A stretch of 33,202 nt of DNA from Fidelibacterota bacterium (GTDB lineage Bacteria; Fidelibacterota; Marinisomatia; SCGC-AAA003-L08; TS1B11), in contig JADFMC010000001.1 in NCBI GenBank assembly GCA_022564085.1, positions 1 through 33,202 on the forward strand, read 5' to 3'. This document shows, piece by piece, positions 8,379-17,523 of this stretch; within the stretch, counting starts at the first letter, position 1; the number at the start of each line of letters is the position of its first letter. The translations under genes were made by a program, and so were the position numbers. The notes beneath the pieces are model-generated. The model saw only the letters and a program-made list of their open reading frames with translations. It was not told the DNA's origin and searched no databases.

Positions 8379-9034
8379 TGGCGGCCACGGTAATCAAACT
8401 AGGCAAGCCGGTTTACGGTTTCTGGGATCCAGGTATGGCTGGGGACCCTGAACCTGAGCCGGAAGATAAAATTAAAATGAAGGACCGGGAAATCGCCCGG
8501 CTCATTCGCCAGCTGGAAGCGCTCGAAGGAGAAATTCAGAAAACGCGAGAGCAGGCCTACACCCAAGGCTTTGAGGATGGACTGGTGGCGGAACGGGAAA
8601 AACACAAACAAGCTTTGGAAGCTAATGCGCGGCAAATACAGGATCTGTCTACCCGGCTCGAATCCGAAGTAGGTCAGGCCCTGAAATTAATGGAGGAGCC
8701 GTTGCTGCGAATGAGCTTCAACATTGCGGAGAAAATCCTGCGGGCGCCACTTCCGGCGGACTTCCGGGAGCAGGCCCTCACCGCGGCCGTTAAAGCGTTC
8801 CTCAAAGAGGTATTGCACGCCGACAGCATTGTCATTCGGGTGGCCCGGGAGAATTTTGATCTTTTCCAGAAGGAAGATATTGGAGAACAACTGGATTACC
8901 CCACCCCGGAGCGGCTGCGGTTTGTGGCCGATAGTAATTTAAAACCCGGGGAGTGCCAGGTGGAAACCCCGGAGCATTTGATCGAAGGCAACTACTCCAC
9001 TCAACTGGCCAATCTGGCCCTGGAACTTCAATGA
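8375..9034 (+). CDS. fliH: Flagellar export apparatus protein FliH
   Basis: 219 aa. ATGA overlap with fliG and a GGAGGAG RBS. YTQGFEDGL motif, coiled-coil middle, C-terminal PGECQVETPEHLIEG. Lies directly upstream of fliI. Confidence 0.8.
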   Translation: MMAATVIKLGKPVYGFWDPGMAGDPEPEPEDKIKMKDREIARLIRQLEALEGEIQKTREQAYTQGFEDGLVAEREKHKQALEANARQIQDLSTRLESEVGQALKLMEEPLLRMSFNIAEKILRAPLPADFREQALTAAVKAFLKEVLHADSIVIRVARENFDLFQKEDIGEQLDYPTPERLRFVADSNLKPGECQVETPEHLIEGNYSTQLANLALELQ

Positions 9035-10383
9035 CCCTGCTGGATAACCTTCAGGCCCCCATAGCCGCTCGCTTGGACCGGCTGGAGAAATTAAATAGCC
9101 ACCGGGTCGATGGCCGCGTGACCGAGGTGGTCGGTCTGGTGGTGGAAGCCACTTGCCCCTACGGCTCATTGGGGGACCTGTGCACCATTGAAACCGCTGA
9201 AGGATCATCTATCCGGGCTGAGATTTTGGGATTTCGCGATGGCAAGACCATGCTCATGCCGTTGGAAACCACTATGGGGGTGGCTATAGGCGACCGGGTG
9301 GTTTTAAGAAAGGAACCGCTGACTATTCCGGTGGGGCCGCAACTACTGGGCCGGATATTGGACGGCATGGGCCGCCCCATCGATGGCAAAGGGCCCTTCC
9401 ATGTGGAGGCCCGGCAGTCGGTTTACCGGGAGCCCCCCGACCCGTTGCGCCGCAAACTGATTACCGAGCCCCTATCCACCGGTATCCGCTCAATTGACGG
9501 CCTGCTGACCCTGGGCCGCGGCCAGCGCGTGGGTATTTTTTCCGGTTCGGGTGTCGGCAAGAGTGTGCTCCTGGGAATGATCTCCCAGCACACCGATGCC
9601 GATGTGAACGTTATTGGACTGATCGGTGAGCGGGGCCGGGAGGTCCGGGAATTCATCGAGAATGACCTGGGCGCAGAGGCTTTAAAGAAGTCGGTGGTGG
9701 TGGTAGCTACTTCCGACCAGGCCGCTCAGATTCGGGTCAAAGCCGGCCACGTGGCCATGTGTATCGCAGAGTATTTCCGCGACCGGGGCAACGATGTTAT
9801 TTTACTAATGGACTCCTTAACCCGGATTGGGATGGCCCAGCGGGAAATCGGACTGGCCCTGGGGGAGCCGCCCACCACCAAGGGATACACCCCATCAGTG
9901 TTCGCCCTCATGCCGCGACTGCTGGAGCGGGCCGGGGCGGACGTTGAGCACAGCATCACCGGTCTATTCACCGTACTGGTGGAGAATGATGACTTGAATG
10001 ATCCCATTGCCGATATGGCCCGGTCCATTCTGGACGGACACATCGTGCTTTCAAGGGATCTGGCTAATCGGGGGCACTATCCGGCGGTGGATGTACTGCG
10101 TAGTGTGAGCAGACTCAGCCGGGCGGTGACCGATCCCGAGCAGCAACGGTACGTGCAGCAATTAGTAGAAGTGTTGGCAATATATGAGGACTCGGAAGAT
10201 TTGATCAACATCGGCGCCTATAGTGCCGGCAGCAACCCCAAAATCGATTACGCCATTGCCAATATCGATTTGGTACGCACATTCCTGCGCCAGCAGGACT
10301 TGGAATCTTCGGGTTTCGAGGCCGCTAAAACGGATCTGGCCAAGTTATGCGCTGAAATGGGACGGAACGATGGCCAGGGGTGA
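9031..10383 (+). CDS. fliI: Flagellum-specific ATPase FliI
   Basis: Walker A GSGVGKSVLLGM, Walker B ILLMDSLTR, and overall F1/T3SS-ATPase similarity. I chose the ATG at 9031 (ATGA overlap with the fliH stop) over the ORF-track start at 8953, which overlaps fliH by 82 nt. Confidence 0.95.
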   Translation: MTLLDNLQAPIAARLDRLEKLNSHRVDGRVTEVVGLVVEATCPYGSLGDLCTIETAEGSSIRAEILGFRDGKTMLMPLETTMGVAIGDRVVLRKEPLTIPVGPQLLGRILDGMGRPIDGKGPFHVEARQSVYREPPDPLRRKLITEPLSTGIRSIDGLLTLGRGQRVGIFSGSGVGKSVLLGMISQHTDADVNVIGLIGERGREVREFIENDLGAEALKKSVVVVATSDQAAQIRVKAGHVAMCIAEYFRDRGNDVILLMDSLTRIGMAQREIGLALGEPPTTKGYTPSVFALMPRLLERAGADVEHSITGLFTVLVENDDLNDPIADMARSILDGHIVLSRDLANRGHYPAVDVLRSVSRLSRAVTDPEQQRYVQQLVEVLAIYEDSEDLINIGAYSAGSNPKIDYAIANIDLVRTFLRQQDLESSGFEAAKTDLAKLCAEMGRNDGQG

Positions 10384-10837
10384 TTTTAAGCACCAGCGTT
10401 TGCTGGACGTACGGGGGTTGCAGCTGCAGTTAAAAGCGGTGGCCCTTAAGGATTCGCAGGACCGTCATCGCGATCACCGCCAGGATTTGGAGGAGTTGCG
10501 TACCGTGAAACAGACCCATTTGCACACCGGGGACATAACAGTCTTAAGCGCTGGAATGCCACTGATGGCCCGGGATTTCCAGGTGCAGGCTTGGCATACC
10601 CAACGATTGAACAATGACCTTATGCTGCAAATTAATGTAGTCCAAACTTCCCGAGATGAAGTGGAGCAACTGCGTCAGGTGGCGGAGGTTTCCGCCAGGG
10701 AGAAGCAAACCCTGGAAAAACTGAAGGAACGCCATCAGGAGGTGGCCCGCCGGAAATTGGAACTCGAGGAACGTAAAATGGCGGACGAAGTCGCCGCCCG
10801 CCGGCATCTGCACGCTGAAATTCGGGAAGGGCAGTGA
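10370..10837 (+). CDS. fliJ: Flagellar export chaperone/stalk protein FliJ
   Basis: 155-aa all-coiled-coil protein immediately after fliI. I chose the ATG at 10370 (14-nt overlap with fliI) over the 10223 start, which would overlap fliI by 160 nt. Confidence 0.7.
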   Translation: MARGDFKHQRLLDVRGLQLQLKAVALKDSQDRHRDHRQDLEELRTVKQTHLHTGDITVLSAGMPLMARDFQVQAWHTQRLNNDLMLQINVVQTSRDEVEQLRQVAEVSAREKQTLEKLKERHQEVARRKLELEERKMADEVAARRHLHAEIREGQ

Positions 10838-11394
10838 GGAATCAAGTGAAGAATATAGTTATCGGGGTAATCGGCGCCGCCATGCTGTTCTTTATTCTGG
10901 TGGTGGTGTTCAGTGGAGCCATTATCTTTTATGGCGGCGAAGAAGAATTAGCGGGACTGATGGAGGAGGAAGTCATTCCCATGGTCCCTGAAATAAATTT
11001 GCAGATGATGACTCAAGCCCGGGATTCCTTGAGCGCTGAGATCGAATATCTTCAGGCCTTGGCAGCCAGCAGGGCCGCCAAAATCGACAGCCTCGGAGAG
11101 CAGATCGGCATCAGGGACGCCACTATCGGTGCATTTGAGGATCGTGTGCAAAGCAAAGACGTAGAGATCGCAAATCTGCGCGATGTTGGCATGAATGCTC
11201 AGCAGATGGCCCGCACTTTCGCCACCATGACGGTTAACGAGCTCTCGCCCATCGTGGCCCGGCTCAGTGACCAGGTGGTGCAGGACATCTACAAGCAGAC
11301 AACTAACAAAAAGAGAAAGTTCCTGTTGACGGCCCTGGGCGACGAACGCGCAGCGGCCATGACCAACAGGTTAGTAAAGGAAAAAGGAAGCTGA
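10834..11394 (+). CDS. Membrane-anchored flagellar protein, YlxF/MotE/FlbB-like (MgtE-N-like helical C-terminus)
   Basis: 186 aa. GTGA overlap with fliJ. N-terminal TM IVIGVIGAAMLFFILVVVFSGAIIFY, coiled coil, then MARTFATMTVNELSPIVARLSDQVVQDIY...LLTALGDERAAAMTNRL. It occupies the slot held by ylxF between fliJ and fliK in Bacillus. Confidence 0.5.
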   Translation: MRNQVKNIVIGVIGAAMLFFILVVVFSGAIIFYGGEEELAGLMEEEVIPMVPEINLQMMTQARDSLSAEIEYLQALAASRAAKIDSLGEQIGIRDATIGAFEDRVQSKDVEIANLRDVGMNAQQMARTFATMTVNELSPIVARLSDQVVQDIYKQTTNKKRKFLLTALGDERAAAMTNRLVKEKGS

Positions 11395-14300
11395 TGAATA
11401 ACAATGGTGGAGCCCAGGTCTTGAAGGCCGGCGACACCTTGACGGCGATTTTCAAGGGTAAAGGCAGTAAAGGACGGAAGAATCTGTCCGGACTGGCCGG
11501 CGCCCTGTTGTCCATCCTGCCGGGCCCCAGTAAGGGGTCGCAGCAGTTCGGTGGATTACTTACTCGTCTGAAAGGTAGGCTGGCGGATCCGGGCGGACAA
11601 GCAACTCACCGGCGAACGGTTGCCGGCTCCGGGTTGCTCCCAGCCAACGGGAAACCGGTGGTTAAGGGAGCGACAGCGGGCAGCAACCGGCCGGGGAAGG
11701 CCAAAGCGGCCTCCCAAGCGCCCAGTGAGGCTGGCTTGCTCATCCATACGCTGGAGGAGGTGGCGCGATCCGTGCCGCTGTCCGCCCAGCTCGGAATCCA
11801 TTCGGCTGCCTCGGCAGCCACGGGTGCAAGCCCGGCAGGTTCGTCAGCGACTGCTTCAGATCAAGCTGGTTCACCAAACGGTAAACCGACCCCAGAAGCT
11901 CACACCAAGGAAACTTCGGTTACCTTGGCAAGGCCGAGTCAGGTGACGAATCACCCCTCGGTGGGAGCGCTCGTAAGCAAAAAACCGGCCACGTGGTGGT
12001 CTCAGCCCAACTCCCCAACCGCTCAACAGCGGTCGGTGGAACCGGCGGAGGTCATCGGGCAAAGGTCACTAGCGGGAATCCGGCGGACAGCCGGCAGGAT
12101 CGCGACCAGAGTCGGCCGGGCAACGCAGGTGCGGCACAGTCAGGGAATTATCCCGGACACCAAAGTGGCCACCACGTTTGAGCGTGCCCCTTCAACCGGC
12201 ACAAAGGCCGCCAAAACAGTGCGGTCGGCAAAGGGATCCAGAGGGCAGATCCGGGTTGCGCCTAGACGCGCCAACGGAACACCTTCTGTTTCTGCTGCCA
12301 GGCCGAATGTAGTGGAAACGGGGACCCAGCCCAGGCGATCAATCCGGTCAGCGAGGAAACTCGCCAATGGATCTCCCTTGGGTAAAGCGCCCCGCACCCG
12401 CCTCCAGGCGGCTAAACCGCCACTGCAAAACGGGGTCCGGACGTTGAATGAGCCAGGACGCAGTGTAACTGCCAGCGCGATCCAGCAACGGTCGCCGGCC
12501 CAACCGGTTGGGCGGATCGATCAATTGATCCGTACCGGTTCGGCACATAGCGAGAGTCGCAACGGCGATTCTCTGACAGCGAATAGGGTTAGCGTCACAC
12601 CTCGGGTCCGTACCCAGTCAGTGAAGACACCGGTAACATGGCAACCAGCCAGCAGATTGCTGCGCCAGCGAGCCAGACCGGCAGTGCGGCCTGTGGTGAC
12701 CCGGACGAGGGTCCCGGCAAATAGCACCCAAAAGGGGCAGCAGCCGGGTATCGTAGCAGTGGGAACGGCGCCTAAACTCGCTTCACGACCGACCGTTGCA
12801 GCTAGACCGAATAGAGTCGTTGCCTCGGGGATTCGCCCCGATTTCGGGCACCGGCCAACTATTTCGGTCAACGGTATGCACCGGCAGACCTCCGTCACCA
12901 ACACTACGGCGACAGCTACGGCCCATAGCGGAGGGAGCCTTACCGGGCTCCGCCCAGCGGTATCATTACCCCAGCGAGTAGATCAACCGATCACGGGCGC
13001 CCAGGTCAGGTCGAATCCGACCCAGACTGCCGGCGACACCCATGATCAAGCCAGACCGGCCCGATCGATACCAGCTGCAGGGAAGATAACCGTATCCGCT
13101 AAAGCGCACAGCGCGGCGCTCCCATCTGGGCAGCCCGCCATTGCTGCGGCCAAGCCGACGGCCCATAGTGGAGGGAGCCTTACCGGGCTCCGCCCAGCGG
13201 TATCATTACCTCAGCGAGTAGATCAACCGATCACGGGCGCCCAGGTCAGGTCTAATCCGACCCAGCCTGCCGGCAACACCCATGATCAAGCCAGACCGGC
13301 CCGATCGATACCAGCTGCAGGGAAGATAACCGTATCTGCTAAAGCCCACAGCGCGGCGCTCCCATCTGGGCAGCCCGCGATCGTGGCGGCCAAGCCGACG
13401 GCCCATAGCGCAGGGAGCCTTACCGGGCTCCGCCCAGCGGGATCAACTCACCAGCCAGTAGATCAGCCGATCACGGATGCGCCGGTCAGGTCGACAGCGA
13501 CCCAGCTTGCCGGCAGCAACCGGGTTCGCGCCGATCAAACAGTGCCTGCAGCCTTGCCGGTAAACCGGGAACGGCCGAAGGCCACGCAGTCTGGGGGAAA
13601 TCAGAACCGACCGGTCCTGAATATCCGCCGGGAAGCCTCAACAGCCCAGCCGGCGAGGGTTGAACAACCCTCAGGTAATCCCACCGCTCCGGCGATGGCG
13701 ACTGCCGGTACGAAGAGTACCTCGGCGGGTGAGGACACTGCAACCGTAATGAAGCAGAATAACGCAGAGCTGCAGCCTGTGATGGCTGAGCGGCCTCTGC
13801 CCCAGGTTAACCGCCGGAAACAGACCGCTGAACGGTCTCGATCCAAAATAACTCGCAGTCGCGGCAAGGGTGTTACCACCCCGGCAGCGCGGTCTGTGAG
13901 CGCCAAGCAGTTAGCGGGGTCGGCTGCCCAGAGAAGCACGGGAAACAGCTATCGACCTGCCAACAGCCTTGCTGGCAATGAACAGTACAGCTCCGGGTCG
14001 GCAACGGCCAGTGAGCTGGGCGACTTTGCCGCACAGGTAAAAGTTAGGCTAGAAGGTCACAGTGAGCACGGTGGCAATGAGCCGGCTATGCCGGTGACCA
14101 CCACCATAACCACACCCGCCCCCAGGGTTCAGCTGCATCAGCCAGTGCAGACGGCGCAATTTTCGCGCCTGATCGCACAGCAATACCAGCGGTTCACGCA
14201 GGGCGGCCAAACCGGCCATGAGTACAGCTTCGAGGCCGGCTCGCTGGGGAACGTGCGTGTCACGTTCACCGAAGGCGCTGCCGGTACCACGATGCATATC

Positions 14301-14558
14301 CTGGTGGAATCCGCCCAAGCGCAACAGCAGTTGCTACGGGTATTACCCACCGTTGAGGATCAGTTCGTGGACTTGGGGATGAACTTCGCCCATGTGGACG
14401 TGGAGGTGGGTGATACCGGCTCGGATAGCCGGTTCAACAAGCGGAGCCGTCGTGATCCAAATGTGGCCTTGACTAACGGAGCGGAAGAATCCGCCCCGAT
14501 TGAACTAGTAGCAGGCATCAGAGACTTCGGTTATAACACCGTTGAATTTGTAGCCTAA
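11394..14558 (+). CDS. fliK: Flagellar hook-length control protein FliK, unusually long (1054 aa)
   Basis: C-terminal FliK/Flg_hook-like domain (QFSRLIAQQYQRF...GNVRVTFTEGAAGTTMHILVESAQAQQQLLRVLPTVEDQFVDLGMNF). Canonical position upstream of flgD-flgE. TGATG overlap with the previous gene and an AAAGGAAAAAGGAAG RBS. The N-terminal ~850 aa are low-complexity. Confidence 0.8.
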   Translation: MNNNGGAQVLKAGDTLTAIFKGKGSKGRKNLSGLAGALLSILPGPSKGSQQFGGLLTRLKGRLADPGGQATHRRTVAGSGLLPANGKPVVKGATAGSNRPGKAKAASQAPSEAGLLIHTLEEVARSVPLSAQLGIHSAASAATGASPAGSSATASDQAGSPNGKPTPEAHTKETSVTLARPSQVTNHPSVGALVSKKPATWWSQPNSPTAQQRSVEPAEVIGQRSLAGIRRTAGRIATRVGRATQVRHSQGIIPDTKVATTFERAPSTGTKAAKTVRSAKGSRGQIRVAPRRANGTPSVSAARPNVVETGTQPRRSIRSARKLANGSPLGKAPRTRLQAAKPPLQNGVRTLNEPGRSVTASAIQQRSPAQPVGRIDQLIRTGSAHSESRNGDSLTANRVSVTPRVRTQSVKTPVTWQPASRLLRQRARPAVRPVVTRTRVPANSTQKGQQPGIVAVGTAPKLASRPTVAARPNRVVASGIRPDFGHRPTISVNGMHRQTSVTNTTATATAHSGGSLTGLRPAVSLPQRVDQPITGAQVRSNPTQTAGDTHDQARPARSIPAAGKITVSAKAHSAALPSGQPAIAAAKPTAHSGGSLTGLRPAVSLPQRVDQPITGAQVRSNPTQPAGNTHDQARPARSIPAAGKITVSAKAHSAALPSGQPAIVAAKPTAHSAGSLTGLRPAGSTHQPVDQPITDAPVRSTATQLAGSNRVRADQTVPAALPVNRERPKATQSGGNQNRPVLNIRREASTAQPARVEQPSGNPTAPAMATAGTKSTSAGEDTATVMKQNNAELQPVMAERPLPQVNRRKQTAERSRSKITRSRGKGVTTPAARSVSAKQLAGSAAQRSTGNSYRPANSLAGNEQYSSGSATASELGDFAAQVKVRLEGHSEHGGNEPAMPVTTTITTPAPRVQLHQPVQTAQFSRLIAQQYQRFTQGGQTGHEYSFEAGSLGNVRVTFTEGAAGTTMHILVESAQAQQQLLRVLPTVEDQFVDLGMNFAHVDVEVGDTGSDSRFNKRSRRDPNVALTNGAEESAPIELVAGIRDFGYNTVEFVA
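12921..13515 (+). repeat. In-frame 240-bp tandem repeat, about 2.5 copies, inside fliK
   Basis: Copies at 12921-13160 and 13161-13400 differ at about 11 of 240 positions by my count. A third partial, more diverged copy starts at 13401 and fades near 13515. Each unit encodes 80 aa (AHSGGSLTGLRPAVSLPQRVDQPITGAQVRSNPTQ.AG.THDQARPARSIPAAGKITVSAKAHSAALPSGQPAI.AAKPT). Confidence 0.9.
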
Positions 14559-14573
14559 GAAAGGAGTGAATCC

Positions 14574-15254
14574 ATGACTGATCTCATACAACCTGTTGGT
14601 GGCGAACAGGTTATTCCAGGTGACAGCACAACCAGGAGGGGTTTTCTAGATCAGGAGCAGTTTTTGCAGCTCCTGGTCGCGCAGTTGAAAAACCAGGATC
14701 CGCTCTCGCCAATGGAAAGCCAGGAGTTCGCTTCCCAGATGGCACAATTCGCCAGTTTGGAACGCCTTCACAGTATAGACTCGCGGCTGGCTGACGCACT
14801 AAGTGCCCAGTTAATGTCGACCCAGGCAATCACTAACACCATGGCCGCCAGCCTGATTGGAAAAGAGGTAGTGGCGGCGGGTGATAGTTTGATGCTCAAA
14901 AACGGCTCGGCCAATCTCTATTTCGACCTGGCGGCTCCCGCCAAGGAAGTGGAGATCACGATCTATGACGAAGAAGGTATCGCTATCCAGACCATATGGA
15001 AACGTCCGCTCAGTGAAGGTGAGAACACAGTGGTATGGGACGGCTCGAACTACAGCGGCAAGACTGTGGCTGATGGCTCTTATACTTATACTGTGCAGGC
15101 CACCGACCAGAATGGGGATCCGATTAGCGCTCTTCAGACGGCATCGGGAATTATTACCGGTGTCAACTATGAAGGGGGGATCGCCACGCTGATAGCTGGT
15201 GATCTGGAGTTCCCCATGGGCAATGTGATCTCTATCCGGCAGCCGGAGGAATAA
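14574..15254 (+). CDS. flgD: Flagellar hook capping/assembly protein FlgD
   Basis: 226 aa. FLQLLVAQLKNQDPLSPM signature and a C-terminal Ig-like beta domain (VVWDGSNYSGKTVADGSYTYTVQATD). AAAGGAG RBS. Confidence 0.9.
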   Translation: MTDLIQPVGGEQVIPGDSTTRRGFLDQEQFLQLLVAQLKNQDPLSPMESQEFASQMAQFASLERLHSIDSRLADALSAQLMSTQAITNTMAASLIGKEVVAAGDSLMLKNGSANLYFDLAAPAKEVEITIYDEEGIAIQTIWKRPLSEGENTVVWDGSNYSGKTVADGSYTYTVQATDQNGDPISALQTASGIITGVNYEGGIATLIAGDLEFPMGNVISIRQPEE

Positions 15255-15255
15255 G

Positions 15256-15687
15256 ATGGAACTGGAAGCAGTAAAACTCCAAGCACGACTACGTCCGTTA
15301 AAGCCGGCGCAGCCGACACCGAAATCCGGTGGCGGACTGGTGGGCCGGACTGGAACCAAAGGCTCGTTTTCCAAGACGCTGGCTACGGAGCTGGCCCAGA
15401 AGAAACCGGCCGTTAACCAGGTCCCGGTCTCGCAGGGGGTGGAATTTTCCGCCCATGCCCAGGCGCGGCTTCAAGAGCGGAACATCACTCTCACACGCCA
15501 TAATCTTGATCGGCTCGACAGAGGTGTCCAGCTGGCCGAGAAAAAAGGTAGTGTCAACACACTAGTCTTGATGGATGACACCGCCTTCATCGTGAGCGTG
15601 AAAAACAGGAAGGTGATCACTGCGATCACCAGGGACGCTGCTGTCGATAACGTGTTTACACAGATCGATAGTGCGACCATCGTATAA
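15256..15687 (+). CDS. Small flagellar operon protein (resembles the uncharacterised family found between flgD and flgE in Firmicutes and Spirochaetes)
   Basis: 143 aa with a GGAGGA RBS. FSAHAQARLQERNITLTRHNLDRLDRGVQLAEKKGSVNTLVLMDDTAFIVSVKNRKVITAI resembles, from memory, the TIGR02530-type family. Conserved flgD-X-flgE position. Confidence 0.5.
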   Translation: MELEAVKLQARLRPLKPAQPTPKSGGGLVGRTGTKGSFSKTLATELAQKKPAVNQVPVSQGVEFSAHAQARLQERNITLTRHNLDRLDRGVQLAEKKGSVNTLVLMDDTAFIVSVKNRKVITAITRDAAVDNVFTQIDSATIV

Positions 15688-15811
15688 CTAACAAACGGCC
15701 AGGCTGGCCCCATTTATCCGGGAACAGGTCCCGGAGTTCAGGGAAGCCTGCATCCCGCCGAACGACTGAAGCGGGATCATTGCCAAAACCTGAAAAAAGG
15801 GGAATAGAATA

Positions 15812-17431
15812 ATGCTGAGATCATTAACATCAGCAGTAACCGGGTTGAAGAACTTCATGATCCAGTTGGACGTGTTGGGTAACAACCTGGCGAATGTACG
15901 GACCCTCGGCTTTAAATCGAGCCGGGTGGCGTTTTCAGAGGCCTCCACCCAGGCCCTGTCGGGCGTAGCCCGCGGGTTCGGCGGCGGTTTCGGGAAGATC
16001 AAACAGATCGGACTGGGTGTGACCATCAGTTCCACGGACATGAACTTCGAGCAGGGGGCGCTGGAATTCACCGGCACCTCCACCGACCTCGCAGTTCGGG
16101 GGAAATCCTTCTTCGTGGTCAGTGACGGCACGAAGAACCGCTTTACCCGGGCCGGGAACTTCTTCTTCAATAACAATGGGTTCCTGGTCAATTCCGGCGG
16201 ATTGGCGGTCCAGGGGTGGAGAGCCAACGCAAGTGGTGAAATAGATACTTTTGCCGGGCTGCGGGAGATCTTTATGGACACCACCCTCACTTCGCCCGCT
16301 GAACCAACCACGTTCGCGATTATGTCCGGAAACCTGGACGCGGGCCTGGGGCCCATCGCGCAAGTGCTGTCCTCTGCTATCGCCTTTACCCTGGTAGCGG
16401 ATGGCACCATTGCTGTGGGGGGCACGGACCTGGCCGATCTGACCCAGAACATTGACATCGCCACCAATACCTTGATCACCATCACCGGTAATAAGTCGGA
16501 TGGTTCCGACGTCAGCACTACTTTCACGTATTCTGGCGGGGACGATTTGGACGACCTAATTGCGGTGATCAATACGGCCTGGAGCGGCGATGCCACGGCG
16601 GTTCTGGTAGACGGTAAAATCGTTCTGACCGATGATGCCCCGGGCGAATCCAGCAGCACCATTTCAATGTCCGCTGTTGGAATGAACATACCGACGTTCG
16701 AGAAAGTCACGGATGGGTTCACCGGCAGGGTCACCACATCGCGGATTGTCTTCGACAGCCTGGGCGAATCCCACAACCTGATCCTCACCTTCACCAAGGA
16801 AAAGGCAGTCGGGGAGTGGACCTGGCTGGCCTCTTTCACCGAAAATGAGACATTCGGTAACGGCAACACCGGCACCATTGCCTTCAATGATACCGGTAAC
16901 GTAGTCTCCTTCGGTGTGGACGGAGCGGAAACCGGGATTCTTATAAATCCCAATAACGGAGCCGCCCAGTTCTCGGTGGAACTGGACGTCCACGGCAGCG
17001 AGGGATTCACCGGGATCACCCAGTACGCCTCCGATCCCACGGTATTCTTCCGTGAGATTAACGGCCGGCCGCTGGGTAGCCTGTTACGGTTTACCATCGA
17101 TACCACGGGAATCATAACCGGGATATTCTCCAACGAGGAGAACTTGACTCTGGCCCAGATCGCACTGGCGGAGTTCCCCAACCCGGTGGGATTGCTGCGG
17201 GCGGAGAATGGATTGTTCGACACGGCTTCCAGTTCGGGTAACCCGATCATCGGAAGAGCCGGCGAGCAGTTCACGTCGAGCATCATTTCCGGATCGGTGG
17301 AAACGTCTAATGTGGATCTGGTGAGACAGTTCACTGATATGATCGTCACTCAGCGCGGCTTCCAGGCCAATGCGCGGGTAGTGACGACCGCTGATCAGAT
17401 CCTGGAAGAAACCATGAGGTTGAAGCGATAG
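15812..17431 (+). CDS. flgE: Flagellar hook protein FlgE
   Basis: 539 aa. N-terminal LDVLGNNLANVRTLGFK and C-terminal SNVDLVRQFTDMIVTQRGFQANARVVTTADQILEETMRL rod/hook signatures, with an inserted central beta-rich domain. No cysteine anywhere. Confidence 0.92.
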   Translation: MLRSLTSAVTGLKNFMIQLDVLGNNLANVRTLGFKSSRVAFSEASTQALSGVARGFGGGFGKIKQIGLGVTISSTDMNFEQGALEFTGTSTDLAVRGKSFFVVSDGTKNRFTRAGNFFFNNNGFLVNSGGLAVQGWRANASGEIDTFAGLREIFMDTTLTSPAEPTTFAIMSGNLDAGLGPIAQVLSSAIAFTLVADGTIAVGGTDLADLTQNIDIATNTLITITGNKSDGSDVSTTFTYSGGDDLDDLIAVINTAWSGDATAVLVDGKIVLTDDAPGESSSTISMSAVGMNIPTFEKVTDGFTGRVTTSRIVFDSLGESHNLILTFTKEKAVGEWTWLASFTENETFGNGNTGTIAFNDTGNVVSFGVDGAETGILINPNNGAAQFSVELDVHGSEGFTGITQYASDPTVFFREINGRPLGSLLRFTIDTTGIITGIFSNEENLTLAQIALAEFPNPVGLLRAENGLFDTASSSGNPIIGRAGEQFTSSIISGSVETSNVDLVRQFTDMIVTQRGFQANARVVTTADQILEETMRLKR

Positions 17432-17523
17432 TCATCGCTTGACTTAAACAGCCTGAACCGTTGTAGGGTCGTCCTGAAATCCAGGGCGGCCCTCGACGGA
17501 TCGGCTTAACAGGGAGATGCGGA

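Noticed and set aside
8953-9030. Longer N-terminal extensions offered by the ORF track for fliI (8953), fliJ (10223), the sigma-54 activator (2506), motB (18284) and fliN (20558)
   Set aside because: Each extension overlaps the preceding gene extensively or lacks an RBS. Each internal start chosen has an RBS and/or a 4-nt stop-start overlap, and yields the conserved family N-terminus.
12921-13515. Whether the 240-bp repeats could be a CRISPR array, satellite or mobile-element remnant
   Set aside because: The units are directly adjacent with no spacers and are in frame. They continue the composition of the surrounding FliK coding sequence. No cas or transposase genes are present.
11556-13939. 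Numerous 60-130-aa ORFs in other frames and on the other strand within fliK
   Set aside because: They are by-products of GC-rich low-complexity coding sequence. None has a start context or motifs.
14811-15374. 187-aa minus-strand ORF opposite flgD
   Set aside because: It is antisense to a clearly identifiable flgD and to the next gene, and has no motifs or RBS. It is a typical GC-rich shadow frame.
15703-15715. GGCCAGGCTGGCC palindrome after the flgD-downstream gene, considered as a terminator
   Set aside because: The stem is only 4-6 bp with a loop that is too small, and there is no T-tract. flgE follows 100 nt later in the same operon context.
15688-17349. 553-aa ORF on the minus strand covering almost all of flgE
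   Set aside because: This is a shadow ORF. Its frame is offset so that antisense stops would need sense-strand xxT-TAx, xxC-TAx or xxT-CAx contexts, which are rare because FlgE has very few Tyr, His and Gln residues. The product is S/P/V/N low complexity with no motifs. The plus-strand frame encodes an unmistakable hook protein.
17432-17523. Sigma-28 (TAAA-N15-GCCGATAA) or sigma-70 promoter upstream of motA; I also scanned other gaps and every CCGATA occurrence (303, 8930, 10011, 26751, 30311)
   Set aside because: A good -35-like TTGACT exists at 17440, but no convincing -10 follows. None of the CCGATA sites has TAAA at the right spacing, and all are intragenic. There is not enough evidence to call a promoter.
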